This document shows positions 51,789 to 64,000 of a stretch of 64,000 nt of DNA, piece by piece (within the stretch, counting starts at the first letter, position 1; each line of letters starts with the position of its first letter). The notes below the pieces were generated by a model. The model was not told the DNA's origin and made no database searches. It saw only the letters and a list, made by a program, of their open reading frames with translations. Source of the DNA: Camelus dromedarius (Eukaryota); the NCBI RefSeq assembly GCF_036321535.1, contig NC_087436.1, forward strand, positions 112,780,001 through 112,844,000, read 5' to 3'. The position numbers were made by a program, and so were the translations under genes.

Positions 51789-54389
51789 CTGAAACACAGA
51801 AATACATATATAAAAAATAAAATAAAAGGAGAAGCGGATGGAGGAAGCTGTTTCTGCGTTAAGCGAAAATTACTTTGACTGTGTGCTCCAGAGATAGTCT
51901 CTTCTCTGGAGAACTATGCGGGAAGTTCTTTAGACTCAAAAGCGCCGCCAGCAGTCAACGCTCGGCTCCCCAGGAGGGGATGTTCTGGGCCTTCAAACCC
52001 GTCCCAGGTATGCGAGTCACTCACTGGGAGGGTCTGGGCCGGCGCATGCGCGGTGCGCCACACGGTGCATCACAGCCCCACCCCCCAACACAGCCCCGTG
52101 CTGTGCACCGACCGCCCAGTGCTGCCTGCCAACTGGTTTAGCCCACGGTGTATTAAGTTAAGCTATAAATGGAAACAGAAACATGCAAACCAAAAAATAT
52201 TAGAAAATGCATATGAACAAAAGGGGGAAAGAGCCCCAATTCGCACACCACTAGAGATGACTGCTGCTAACATTTTGGTGGACATCATTCTAGACTTTTT
52301 AAATACATTTATTCTCATGAGATTTTTAAAATATAACAATGCTGTTCTGCTGTCTGATGCCTTTTGTAATCTGTGTTTGCCCATGTCTGTGTATACAGAT
52401 ATATACCTCTCTGCCATTATTTTTGATTCCTGCCTGGTCTCCTTTACATAATCAGAACATAATTCATAAAAGCAGCCCCTCTTGTTAAAGACCAAGGTTC
52501 ATTCCTACATTTCAACGTCATTGACATGACAGCAAACTTTGTTGAAGCTTCATTTTCATACCCGTGCTTAATTGTTTCCTTGGCATTAAATTCCTACAAG
52601 TAGGTTTTCTGGCACCAAGGTTTTGAATGCATTTTAAGGCTCTTAATAGGCCCTGTCAAGCTGAACCCCATGCTGACCACCCCCAACAGAGTAGAAGATG
52701 TTCCTCTCCCCACATTGTCATCATGATCACCCTCCTGATGGTCATAATGAAGCAGGGAGATTTATCAAGGCAAACAGAGGTGGATACAACGCTGCCTGCT
52801 GGGGAGAGCAGGCATGGATTCAGATCACAGGCAAGGCCCAGGCTCAGTTTCCCTGGACTGGGGAGGTAAACAGCCCCCTCACTGTAAAATTAACAGGGAG
52901 TGTACGGGGAAAATGAGCCATTGGAGGAGGTTTTCACAAAAGTGGAATTCCAGGCATTACAGGAATGAAGAGGGCAAGGTGTTGAGTGACATCATGTTTG
53001 GGGGTTTGGGAACCTTGCCAAATCTGGGACGATGCCCTTCTCTGGGCCAAGCTCACTACTGAATTTTTTTGGTGAGCAGAGACATGGAGGTTTTAAGACA
53101 CCGAGACACAGTGTTCAGTCAATGAGTTATTCTGCTTTTTTGTTTTGTTTTGTTTTAAAATAAAGGCCGCCGAAGCAGCACTAAACACAGTTATGAGCTG
53201 CATTGTTCTTAGCTCTCTGTCCATGATTTTTTCCCCTAAAATCTGAGCAGTTTAGGACACCCACTTTCTTAGTTCATGACCCACATCTCCATCCTATGGC
53301 CCAAATGTGTACAACTTGGGGTTCTGGCCCCTTTTATCATCTCTCCTGCCACAGAAATGATGGGCTGAGATGACACAGCATTGCAATGTCCTTATCTCAT
53401 TAAAAGTAGACTCAGAGGACAAGCTTCCTCTGACAGATACATTAGAACAGCAGGCAAGCGTAATTTCTAGATGAAAAGAAACTTCTCCCAGAAACAAGAA
53501 AAATAATGCACATTGTTCTTCACGCAACAATACGTATGGGAAGAGAAAAGCAGATTCTGGTATGATTATGTAATAAGTCGTTTGTAAATTTAATCTATTA
53601 CCCAAGAGACTGGAAAAAATATCACTCATTATATGGTGAGTCTTAGGGAGTCCTGGGGGTCTGAAACAGGGAATTTGCTAAGATCCTCCCAGAACATGCT
53701 TTTAATAATACATCTACCCAATACTGTCCTCCACTGAGCTTCGGTGCTCTGAGGAACGAGGCCCCAGCACCTCTGAAGCACCATCATGGCTGCACAGCTT
53801 TAACCAGCCTTGATCTCGTTGGCTTGTCTCTGAACCAGCTGGATTTAAGTTTTTTAGCTTTAGTTTTGCAGCAGTGCCCTTTGTTGATGAGAAGGATGAG
53901 TTTAAGCTTGCATGTTTAGAACCACTTAAGTTAGTGGTTACCCAGAAAAATCAAGGATTGTAAAAGTTTCCTCGGCCAGCTATCTGAGACCCAGTTGTGA
54001 AACTGGTTGTTCTCTGAGGAGAACCGCTTCATTACATAGCCCATGAGTCAATTTTGAGAACTCCTGGTGAGGTTTTGGAGCTTCAAATGACCAGGCAGAG
54101 AAACTGGCTTTGACCCACACAGATGCATAAGGACCTCTCCTCTCCAGAGCTGCCCAGGTCGCTCAGAAAGGCTGAGAGGACTATCTGGATAAAGGAGCTT
54201 TCCTCTGGGCTCAGGACTGGCTAGTGGTATTTCCAGAAAGTCAAGCCTTTGCCTTTCTCTGCCCACCAAATTAGAAGCATAGGCGACCGTTGTTCCCCTC
54301 GAAATGAACATGTAAATCAGACTCGATCATATCACATCCAAGAAAAGCATGTTTGCACAATGACCATCGCCAGTAGCACCGTAACTTAC

Positions 54390-54482
54390 ATGATGGGTCC
54401 CCCGATGTCATGCATGACCCAGATCTCAATTCGTGTGATTTTGTCCTTCTGTAAGTGGGGAATTTCAAAATCTGCAAAAAAA
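54390..54482 (-). CDS. BST1: BST1 coding exon 6 (93 bp), contains the catalytic Glu
   Basis: (G)FFADFEIPHLQKDKITRIEIWVMHDIGGPI. Acceptor tttctcAG, donor GTaag. The E of FADFEI corresponds to CD38 catalytic Glu226. Confidence 0.97.
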
Positions 54483-54805
54483 CTGAGAAACAGGAAAGAC
54501 ATTTCCTAAAGTCTTAAAGCAATATGATACTGTTCCCATCACATTGTTAGTTGATTTACATTTTAAAGCTTTTGAGGGTTACTTTTTAACTTTCATTTTT
54601 ATATTGCATTCATGCATTCATTAGCTGTTAGGGGTATAAATGTATAGATATGGCTCTGATCTCCAGGTCATTCAAATGCTTTGCTCTATCTGAACATACA
54701 AAACAAACATTAGGCTGGGGTTAGGATGATTCTCTTAAGTCTCCATTCAAAACAACTAAAAACCATTTTGACATCTTTGTAGTCTATGTCAGTGCTCATT
54801 CTTAC

Positions 54806-54882
54806 CCTTTTACAGGATAGGCTCCTCTTGGCTCTGAACCATTCAGCATGACGTAGATCACCCCAGAACTATCCTTTGCATA
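54806..54882 (-). CDS. BST1: BST1 coding exon 5 (77 bp)
   Basis: YAKDSSGVIYVMLNGSEPRGAYPVK(G). Long T-rich acceptor ending tgcAG, donor GTaag. Confidence 0.97.
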
Positions 54883-55161
54883 CTGCAAAAACAAAAAACA
54901 AAAAACAAAAAAAACCAAAACACCAAGTACAATAAGACGTTCTTTTTCAGCTAGGGAATGGTCAATTGTCTTTTCAACTGACAATTCTCCATACTGGAGA
55001 GGATGTGATAAATTTGGTATTTTGTGGAGCTAGAAGGGATGCCAACTGGTATATCCTGGAAAGCAAATTGCTTTGAAATGTCAAAAACTCATAAACTTAG
55101 TAATTCCATGTCTGGGAATCTACCCTAAGAAAAAAATGCAAATGAGTATCAGATTCCAGCA

Positions 55162-55560
55162 TTGTATCAGCTGGAGAAAACTAACTTATGCTGCCATCAC
55201 AAGCAACCTCAAAATCACAGTGGCTTTAAACAGCGAAGATTTACTTCTTGCACTCCCTATATGTTTCTCACAGGTTTGGGGTTTGAGGCTTGGATGTGGC
55301 TCCCCGTGTCCTCCTTCCGGGACCCAAGCCAATGAAGTCTCCACATCTGCAGAGTCACTGGTTATCAGCGAAGGGAGAAGACAGTGGCAAATCACAAACC
55401 AGTCCTTAAAGGCTTCCACCCAGAAGTCACACAGTCCTTCCTTCTCACAGCTTACTGGCCCGTGCAAGTCACACAGAAGTAACTTCATGAGACAGAATGT
55501 GTATAAATCACGTGTTCAGAAGATGAGCAAGGAATACTTGGTAAACAGCACTAAGGACCA
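55162..55560 (-). mobile_element. Old MaLR (MLT1-like) LTR in BST1 intron 4
   Basis: ttatgctgccatcacaagcaacctcaaaatcacagtggctttaaacagcgaagatttacttct. This accounts for the 173-aa ORF here. Confidence 0.65.
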
Positions 55561-57719
55561 TCTGGTGTACAAAGATGTGCACAAAGGTGGATAGTGCAGC
55601 ACGGTTTGTAACCAATCTAAGAAGCAGTCAACAACAGGGAAGGGTAAGCACATCATGGCAGTCACATGTCTGAACTACTAGCCAGCCATTGATAAAAGTC
55701 GCCATAAGATTTGCAATAGCATAGAAGGTGCTTATAGTCAAAGCAAAATGCAAGACTAGGTGGACAGAGCATGAACTCTACCTTGTTAAAAATTCAGGGA
55801 CAGAAGTCTGGGACTATGAGTCAACCCCTGAAATCTCCAAGGGAGAGAGAGAGGTTCCGAGAAGTTTCCAAATCTCCAGTTCAGAACACTCCTGGAACAT
55901 GTAATTTCCCTGATAAAATGTTTATTCTAGACTGAAGGCAGGGGCAGAGGAAGGGGCGTCACGGAGCACTTGAAATTCTGGGCTTGTTCTTTAGCAGAGA
56001 GAAACCCAGCACCAGCCACAGCAAAGCGGCAACCTGCTCCACGCCATGCTCCTCTCAGACTGCTTCCAGATACGCGAACAGTCACGGTTAAATCTGCAAA
56101 TGCCAAGATCCAATGACCGCTCTGCTGAAGAGGGTCCCCTTAGGTAGCAGGAATACAGATGATTCATTTTCTTTTTTACATTTTCTACAATTTGTCATTT
56201 TCTGTCATGAGCAGCTGTTACATGTTTGATAAGAAAAAAGTTTTAATTAAAAAAAAATGCACGCAGATAGAAGGCGGCTGTTCAATGTTGTGGCTGAAAA
56301 TCTGGTGTCCGGCTGCTGCGCTTACCAGCTCTGTGATAAGTCTGGTTAAGTTTCCTGGCCTCTCTGTCCTCATTTTTCCTATCTGTGAAACAAGGATCGC
56401 AAGAGTCCCTACCTCACAGGATTGTTGTAAAGATCAAGTCATTTAAATGACATTTAACGTTTGTTGAATACGTCTCTGCGGTGGTTCAGACCCTGCCCTC
56501 ATCACTATTCTCACCGCCTATCCTCGTGCTCAGACTACCCAGCAGATTCTAAGGGTTCATAAAACATGGGCAGGATTATTGGATTCCCACTCTAGAGCTG
56601 GAGGAAGTATGGATGATGGCTTGGAGCCGCTTTGAAGTCGGGCAGATTCGCTGGGTAGAGTATCCGGGTTTTGACGTATACTGTTGACATCACCCCTGAG
56701 TTGTCGTTGGGACCCTATACTCCGTTGATGTATCTGCAGCCTCCCGTTCCTCAGTGAGGGGCTCAGGCAGCCTGCACTCCAGACAGAAGCTCTGGGAAGC
56801 AGGCGCAGATGGAGCCCTCCTTCCCCTGCAACCCGGCCCCAGAGCGGGCAGGAGATAAGAGAAATAAGAATGTCTTTGGTGCGGACCGCTGCTTAGTTCC
56901 AAACTGCGGCTATGGTGGAGGATTTGATGAAAGTCCCCTTCACCCTGATTAACAGTAGACTCAGTGGCCACCTGGGGTCCAGAACAGGAAATGGGACCAA
57001 AAGAGACACAGAGAGCCCGGAAAGGGCTTGGCGGTGGTGGGTGGAAGGCCCTGGTGTCCACCGGCCTCCTGGTCAATACAGACAACACTTAATAGTCGAT
57101 TGCTCTGTGTCCACCCCAGGCTAAGGACTTCACCCTCTTTATTTGTAATCTTTGGTTTGACACTGGTGACAGAAATTTAAGCAGTAGTCACTGGCATTTT
57201 ATAGCTACGGACAGCTATCATCAACTCTGGTGACAATGTCCTCTGAAGAACAGACCTACCTTTAGGGGACCATTTCCATGTCTCCTGTTTATCTCCAGTC
57301 TCCTATCACCTCCTCTCCCACTAATAGCCATCTACGGGATGTTTCTCACCCCCACATCTAGGTCTCAGGTGTCCCAGGGTCTCCGGTAAAGCAGGGGTTA
57401 CCCCATTTCACATCAAAGTCAAAATCACTGATTTGAAATGCTAACAACAACCATGACGTGACAGTAATAATAATGACTGTTCAGTGACCTCACCTGGAGC
57501 TGACATTCAGAACGTTTTCTCTGTACCAGCCACTGAATTGAGCATTTCAGCTCCTTAAATCCTCACACCCTCATGGAGCTGAGAGGGTGAATCAGAATGT
57601 TGCTGAGGTAGGAAGTGAGATTCAGAGGAGTTAAGTCATGACCGGATGGCCCAGCCTCTGAACCCGTGTTCACACGTCCCACGCCTGCTCGGCCACCCAG
57701 CCACCCATCCCAGGGTTAC

Positions 57720-57802
57720 CTGGACGGATGCCCTTTTCCAGTAAGAATCCACAGGATTATTTTCACAATCTTCTGCTGTAGGGCAGGATTGGTAGTCGAG
57801 TC
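57720..57802 (-). CDS. BST1: BST1 coding exon 4 (83 bp)
   Basis: (G)LDYQSCPTAEDCENNPVDSYWKRASVQ. Acceptor ttttccccgtAG, donor GTaac. Confidence 0.97.
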
Positions 57803-58409
57803 CTACGGGGAAAAGAGGCAAACACGTTTCATTTCAAAATATTATACCAGGGAAGACTTAACTTGAAATATTTGTTGACTCTGCAAAATATATTGATCCT
57901 CATTCTGCATAATGTGCACAGACTTAACATTCATGGTTCTGCTCACCTGCTTCACAAGGAGCCTGGCCAGGGAACGCCCAACCCCTGATACCAAGACATC
58001 TGTCATTTGCTCAACTCAAAGGTGAGCAAGGGGAGAACTAAGCAGCTGGGTATTTCTCTACTGTCTCTCTAGCAAGTAAGTTATTAATTAATTAATTTGT
58101 TTATTTATTTATTTAGGCTTTTTGGGGACAAACGCCTTCTTCAGTTAGCCCAGATCTTGGAAGTAAATTCAAGAAAAACAGACCACAAAAGTAACAGTCC
58201 TTAACCAGAAAACAGAAATTTTATAACATTTAAAATATATAAAATGCTAAAATGTATTACATTTTAAAAAATTGTAAAGACAAAATTCAGTGGATATATA
58301 ATGGAATTTGTCCCCATTTAGTCTATTAAAAAAAGGGAGAAATTGCTAATTGACTAGTCATTCCAGGGAGAACCAAACAGGTCAAACTTTGAATTTTTTT
58401 TATGGTGTT

Positions 58410-58735
58410 CTTTTTTTTTAATTGAAGTGTAGTTGATTTACAATGTGTTTGTTTCAGGCGTGCAGATTCAGCTATACCAAATCTATATTCTTTTTCAGCT
58501 TCTTTTCCATTATAGGTTATTACAAGATACTGAGTATAGCTCCCTATACAGTAGGTCCTTGTTGTTTATCTATTTTATACGCAGTAGTATGTATATATGT
58601 TAATCTCAAACTCCTAATTTATCACTCCTCCACTCCCTGCTTTGGTAACCATAGGTTTGTGTTCTATGTCTATGAGTCTATTTCTGTTTTGTAAATAAGT
58701 TCATTGTGTCATTTTTTCAGATTCCACATAAATGT
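58410..58735 (-). mobile_element. L1 3' end in BST1 intron 3, followed by a MER21-like fragment (about 58740-59150)
   Basis: T run, then attgaagtgtagttgatttacaatg...tttttcagattccacata. Confidence 0.82.
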
Positions 58736-59927
58736 GAACTTTCCGAAGGGAAATGCATAGAGCTTCCTTACTCCTCTGGGCACCCCGCCATCCACCCTCC
58801 CAGCATCTGATGTGCTCACCAACCCAGAGACTCTCTGAACCCCATCACAGAGGCCTTTTTTTTGAGATTTCATAAGATAGGTATGATTGGTTAAATCACT
58901 TTGGCTGCTGGTGATTAACTCAGTGTCCAGCCCCTCTCCCCTTCCCTGAGGACAGAGGATGGGGCTGCAAGTACCAGCTCTCTAATCAGGCCTCTGTCTT
59001 TTCAGTGACCAGCCCCTCATTGGAAGGTATCCAGGGACCCCCAACCACCGGTCCTCTCACTGCCGTACAAAACACACTCATCACTCCTCAGAGTCAGGAC
59101 CTGTGTGCCAGGAATCAGGGGACCAAGATAAATATTTATGTTGTACTGGCCACAGTCTCCCTACCTTCATGATCTTCCCATCACATCTCTCCTCCATTCT
59201 CTCCCACCCTCTGCAGGATGATCAAACTGAAGCTTCCTAGTCATAGTCCAGTGGAAAAACAGCTGTGTCCATTTGATCTGTACTCGGCCATGCTTCCCAC
59301 CCCACTCAGAGTGAGAGCCAGAGTCCTCACAGCGTCCTGTGCTGGCTGGCCCTCCTTTATCCCTCTAGCCTCATAGTCTACCAACTGCCTCTTCACTTAC
59401 TGCCTGTCTTTCTGTTTCTTAAATATGCCAGACACACACCCACCTCTGGGCCTTTGCACTTGCTGTTCCCTCTGTCAGGAAATGCTCTTCCTTGTCTCCT
59501 TCAGGTCTTGGCTCAAATATCAGCTTCTCAGTGAGGCCTTCCCTGGGCCCATGTAAAACTGCAACGCTTTCCTCACTACTTCTCACCACTCCAGCCCTTC
59601 CTACCCTCTTTTCCCTGTTTTGTGTTTCTCTGTGTCCTTTATCATCTTATGGCAGACTATGTATTTTACTTGCCTGTTTGTTGTTTTCTCTCTGCCCTGA
59701 CTCCCACCCCAACTCTATAATGTAAGGATGAGGTGTTATTTTCCTGTTTTATTCTCATCTGTGTTCCCATTGCCTAGAAGAGGGAAGACAGGCATGTAGC
59801 AGGCACTCTGAATTTTAGGTAGATAAATGAATGAATGGAGGAGAAAGAAACAGAACTGAGCTTAGGTTAACTTGTTTTTTTTTTTTTTTATTACACTCCA
59901 CAGTTTTAGTACCAGAGTATTTTGTGG

Positions 59928-60280
59928 GGTTTTTTGTTTGTTTAAATGAAGTATAGTCGGCTTACAATGTTGTGTTAGTTTCTAGTGTACAGCGCTGTGA
60001 ATCAGTTATACATAGATATATTCCTTTTCATATTCTTTTTCATTATAGGTTATTACAAGGTACTGAATATAGTTCCCTGTGTTATACAGCATGTCATTGT
60101 TGTTTATCTATTTTATATACAGTTTGTATCTGCAAATCTTGAACTCCGATTTATCCCTCCAATGCCCCCCATAACCGTAAGTTTGTTTTCTGTGTCTGAG
60201 TCTTCCTGTTTTGTAAATAAGTTCATTTTTGTCATTTTTTTTAGATTCCACATATAAGTGATATCATATGGTATTTTTCA
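59928..60280 (-). mobile_element. L1 3' end in BST1 intron 3
   Basis: gaagtatagtcggcttacaatgttgtgttag...ttagattccacatataagtgatatcatatggtattt. Confidence 0.85.
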
Positions 60281-60659
60281 GGTTAACTTTTAACATGACT
60301 CCAGTACCCAGGGATGAAGAATCTCCAGTCTTCACGAAGGGAACACCTCCTCCACCCCCTTTCCTTGCCGGCCTTGGTCCTGTGCATTGCTCAAGACTCA
60401 CCAGGAGCCAAGAGCCACTGGGATGCTCCCCCAGCTCTGGTCTGTACCCGTGTCTCCCTCTGCTACTCTTAGCTCCCAGTCTTGCCTGCCTCAGAGCACA
60501 TGTCTCCAGACCAAATGCCCCTCCCAAGGCCATAAGCTCCCTGAGGATCGAGACCACTGAATCGCCAGCTCGTAGCATAAAATCTACCATCAGGCCAGCC
60601 CTTGAGATTTTAACTTTCACTATGATTTTAATGTCAAAAATTCAATTCATCTGCTGGCA

Positions 60660-61010
60660 GCCTGGAGTGGCTTCAGAATCAGTCAGAAGAGGGGTGAATC
60701 CTGGCCCTAGTTCTTCCAATCATTTCACCCCCCCAAAGCCTCAGTTTCCCCCTCTGGAAAATGAGGATAGTGAGGCAGAGCTGTGCAGAACTGGGAGGAC
60801 GATCCCTGGAGTCAGGCTGTCCGGCTCTGCTGCTTATGTGCTGTGCACTCTCGAGCAAGCTTCTCAGCCTTGCTGTGCCTCAGTTTCCTCATTTGTCAAA
60901 ATAGGAATCAGGATAGGACCCATCCCACAGGGCTGCTGCAGGGATTAAATGAGCTAATAGATGTAAAGTGCTTAGAACAGTACCTGGCAAAAGATAGGTG
61001 CTCTCCATCT
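60660..61010. mobile_element. Tandem MIR SINE relics
   Basis: MIR core cctcagtttcc...aaaat...gggattaaatgagctaatagatgtaaagtgcttagaacagtacctggca. Confidence 0.75.
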
Positions 61011-61196
61011 AGTATTGTTGTTATTATTATTATTGTATGTTATTATGCAGATGATAGTTATCATTATGATCACTTACCTGAGAGGATTTCGGGGGGATCA
61101 GATAAGATAAATTCATATGAAAGCATTTAGCACAAATGGCAAATGCATAGTAAATAGGAACTCTGACTTTTCTTGTGATTCGTGCAGAATTCTTAC

Positions 61197-61332
61197 CAGA
61201 GGTATTTTCCTGTCGACACCAGCTCAAGAAATCTCCAACCCTGCCGTACAGAACATTGCACAGCGGCATAAAGCGACGGCCATTCTCCGCGTAGCTGGTA
61301 ACAAGGAGGTGGTTGTTTTCCCAGAACAGGGA
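61197..61332 (-). CDS. BST1: BST1 coding exon 3 (136 bp)
   Basis: SLFWENNHLLVTSYAENGRRFMPLCNVLYGRVGDFLSWCRQENTS(G). Acceptor ttccttAG, donor GTaag; phase continues from exon 2. Confidence 0.97.
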
Positions 61333-62904
61333 CTAAGGAAAAACAAACACAAAGTGAAAGTATAAACTAAAATCAATACAGATTTCTTCGGACACAGTAT
61401 CATCAAGACAAGTCTGGCAAATCATTTCTCATTCGACTGTGACTTGCTTCAAAACCACCAAACTTTCTTTTTCTGTGCCTTTATTTACCCATTCGGAGAG
61501 CGCCACTAACTCTCTTTCCTTTATTCCAAGGGTATCATGCAAATATTAGTGAAATATTTTCCCAGTCGTAAAAAAATATAGAGAGATGGATAGACAGATA
61601 GATAGATGGATGGATGGATGGATAGATACACACAGACATAGATTTTTTTCCAGTAGTTAAAAAAATTATAGATAGATTTTTTAAAAAGAAATCAAGGGAC
61701 CTGGGTTGGGATCCTGGGTCTGTCACACACTAATTGTGTGATCTTGAACAAAGCATGTCATCTCCTTGTGCCTCAGTTTCCACATGTGGAAAATGGAGAG
61801 TATGAGCCCTATCTCTCTCACAGCTGTGGTTAGGATAATATATAATCACAAAAGGAATTCCTAAAAGGTAAAATGCCTCAAAAATACATGACTTTTACAT
61901 TATACTTTATAGTTTCCATTCTAAAGTTACCATGTTTTCACATAATAGTAATACAAATCGTGCAGTCAGATCCTCAGTGTTCCAACCAGCAGTCTCTGCC
62001 CAGACTGGATACTCCCCGAGGGCAGAGGGTGTTTTTCTCCCTGAAACCCTGAGAACAACACCTGGTACATGGAAGCAGCTCAGTATTTACTGAGTTTATC
62101 AACCAAAGTCTATGAGAAGAGAGAACAAAAAATAATGGCCCCCCTTTTAACTGACAGAGAGGCTGCAAGGTTCCAAAGGCAACATAGACTTAAAAATCAC
62201 GTTTTCAGTCTATGGTATGTTTGAACCTCCCAGCTCCATCTACCTGCCTTAACAAATGAAAACAACCCATGTTGAGATGTTTTCATTTGTAAACATCAGT
62301 GTTACTTGACTTTACAATGAAAAAATCAAGGTAAGAACTTTTGTCAAAAATAGATGTCCTTCATTAAAAAGAAGGAATTTATGTCAGAGAAATAAAAACA
62401 GTATCTAAATACTGTTTAAGCCTCAAGGTACTGTTCTAAAGCATTTTACATCATTCTCTCAATTGCTTTTACCAAAGTAGGTCTTAGAGTACAGACAGAA
62501 TATATACATGTAAACCACATGTTTGAATGGATATAATCTCAAAGCCCATTAAAACGAGGGACTGGTCTCCTGGAAGAATAGTGAGATGGAGGGTTTTCTG
62601 AAGGACTCAAGGCTCAGGTCTTTGGGGCCAGTTAGGATGCAGATTATTCCAAACTGACCGGGTGCAGGGGTCCCGTGGGAAAGGTGTGGTGATGCCCTGA
62701 TGTACTTCTGGTTCCTGCACTGACTTTTTGATTTAGGAAAGTTCCTTCTGTCCATGACAGGCAGTAGACCCAGGGTCACTGTGGAAGACAAAAATGCCTT
62801 CCCACCAGAGAGCTCAGAGCACATGGTGAGTTGGGTGCTCGAGGCTTGGTTGGCAGAGGCACTGCCTGTCTCTATGGAGACAGAGCTGGTGGAGGCAGCC
62901 TTAC

Positions 62905-63031
62905 CTTGTCTCTGGGAATCGAGTGCCAAGAGAGGTTCAAAAAAAGGTCGTAGTCTGAGGGAACCACGGAACAGGGATTCTTATCCAGCACCACTTTAAA
63001 TGCCTCCCAGATAGCTGTGCAGTTCTTGTCC
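62905..63031 (-). CDS. BST1: BST1/CD157 coding exon 2 (127 bp)
   Basis: Translates as (R)DKNCTAIWEAFKVVLDKNPCSVVPSDYDLFLNLSWHSIPRDK, matching recalled human BST1. Acceptor tttctgcAG at 63033-63032; donor GTaag at 62904-62903. Confidence 0.97.
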
Positions 63032-64000
63032 CTGCAGAAAAGTACAAGTTCAAAAAAAAAAAAGACCACATTTCAATGTAATACATTTCTGTTTCTCTCT
63101 CCAAGAGTTTTTCATGAGCAATTTCCCCAACTATCAGCTCTACAGAACTAGGCATACAAAAAAGACAGGAAATTGTCATGACTCAGGCATTCCCTAATTC
63201 CCAAGAGGAAGAAAAACAACTTTGGTAATGCATTTAGAAGGCTGACAGTGGACGTGTCCTTCAGCAAGTGCTACACATATTTCATAACAGGCTTACAGAG
63301 ACAGCAGAAAATGCACGGGCTCGGGGTGCCTCTCCATTCACACACAGGTCCATTGTGGGGCTGGGGGCCAGGTGAGAGCAGGTGATGCAGGACTTTGTAA
63401 AATCAGGAGTGAGCAGCGAGGGTTGAGAAAGGCTGTTCCACCTCCTGCTAAGGCAGAAAGTATGACTTTCAGGGCTCTCCGCCACCCCTGAAGTCCAGTC
63501 TAGTGTTCCAAAAAACTTCCCCACCCCATTTGTAACTTGTCATTTCTCATATTGGGCAGTGAGTTCCTCGTATTGTTCTCTGCTCTTATTTGTGTGAAAT
63601 GAGGCACAATAAAAACAATTGGCACAAGAAAGGAGTTTATGAGAACAGAACAAGTGGGGCCAAAGAAGGAACAAAAATTAGTAAGAAGCACAGTGCTGGC
63701 AAGAGAGACTCAAACTTTAAAAGTCGTCTAAATTAGAAGATCTGAAATTTTAATTCCCAGAGTACCTGGACTCGAAGAATTCCAGCTGGAGACCATGTTT
63801 CTGGGTGTGACGGTTCTGGTTAAGCTTACGCTGGCGGTCATCCAAACTCACGGCTACCAATCCTCAGCTACCCCCAACAACCTCCTGTTCAGTTACACAC
63901 ACACACACACACACCCCTCACATCCAGACCCCACACAGTTCACCCCTCCCCAGTAGATTCCCCGTCCCTGCTCCCTCTCCCCTTCCTCTCCCCGGCCCCT

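Noticed and set aside
55073..55594. 173-aa ORF
   Set aside because: Lies across L1 and MaLR LTR relics, so it is a chance open frame.
60268..60948. 226-aa ORF
   Set aside because: Antisense in BST1 intron 3, starts in an L1 end, crosses MIR relics and has no recognisable domain.
63940..64000. C-rich tract (G-quadruplex potential on the minus strand) as the BST1 promoter
   Set aside because: It lies in intron 1 and is cut by the window edge; exon 1 and the promoter are not visible.

Overview
This is mammalian genomic DNA, not prokaryotic. tRNA-Ala-derived SINEs resembling the camelid Vic-1 family suggest a camelid (alpaca/camel) source. The right third carries coding exons 2-9 of BST1 (CD157, a GPI-anchored ADP-ribosyl cyclase) on the minus strand. 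All have GT-AG boundaries and splice into one open frame (769 coding nt, stop at 42731-42733); exon 1 lies beyond the window end. The rest is repeat-rich DNA downstream of BST1. Its most notable structure is a composite endogenous retrovirus at about 9.9-18.4 kb. The first part is a betaretrovirus-like LTR with a tRNA-Trp-type PBS and a nearly open gag (one stop codon) that runs in frame into a truncated dUTPase. It is joined to an unrelated class I (ERV1) LTR with a tRNA-Ser-type PBS, integrase relics and a decayed EnvV-like env. Neither part has a 3' LTR. Other observations: an L1 3' end inserted immediately beside the BST1 exon 8 splice acceptor, a tailless internal L1 fragment between 13-bp direct repeats, a 27-nt hairpin array in the ERV1 leader, and an Asp-to-Asn change in the BST1 signature motif. 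Repeat family names and comparisons to human proteins come from recall, not database searches. Most ORFs in the supplied track are spurious. I found no convincing evidence of a wholly new functional system; the ERV composite is the best candidate for follow-up.
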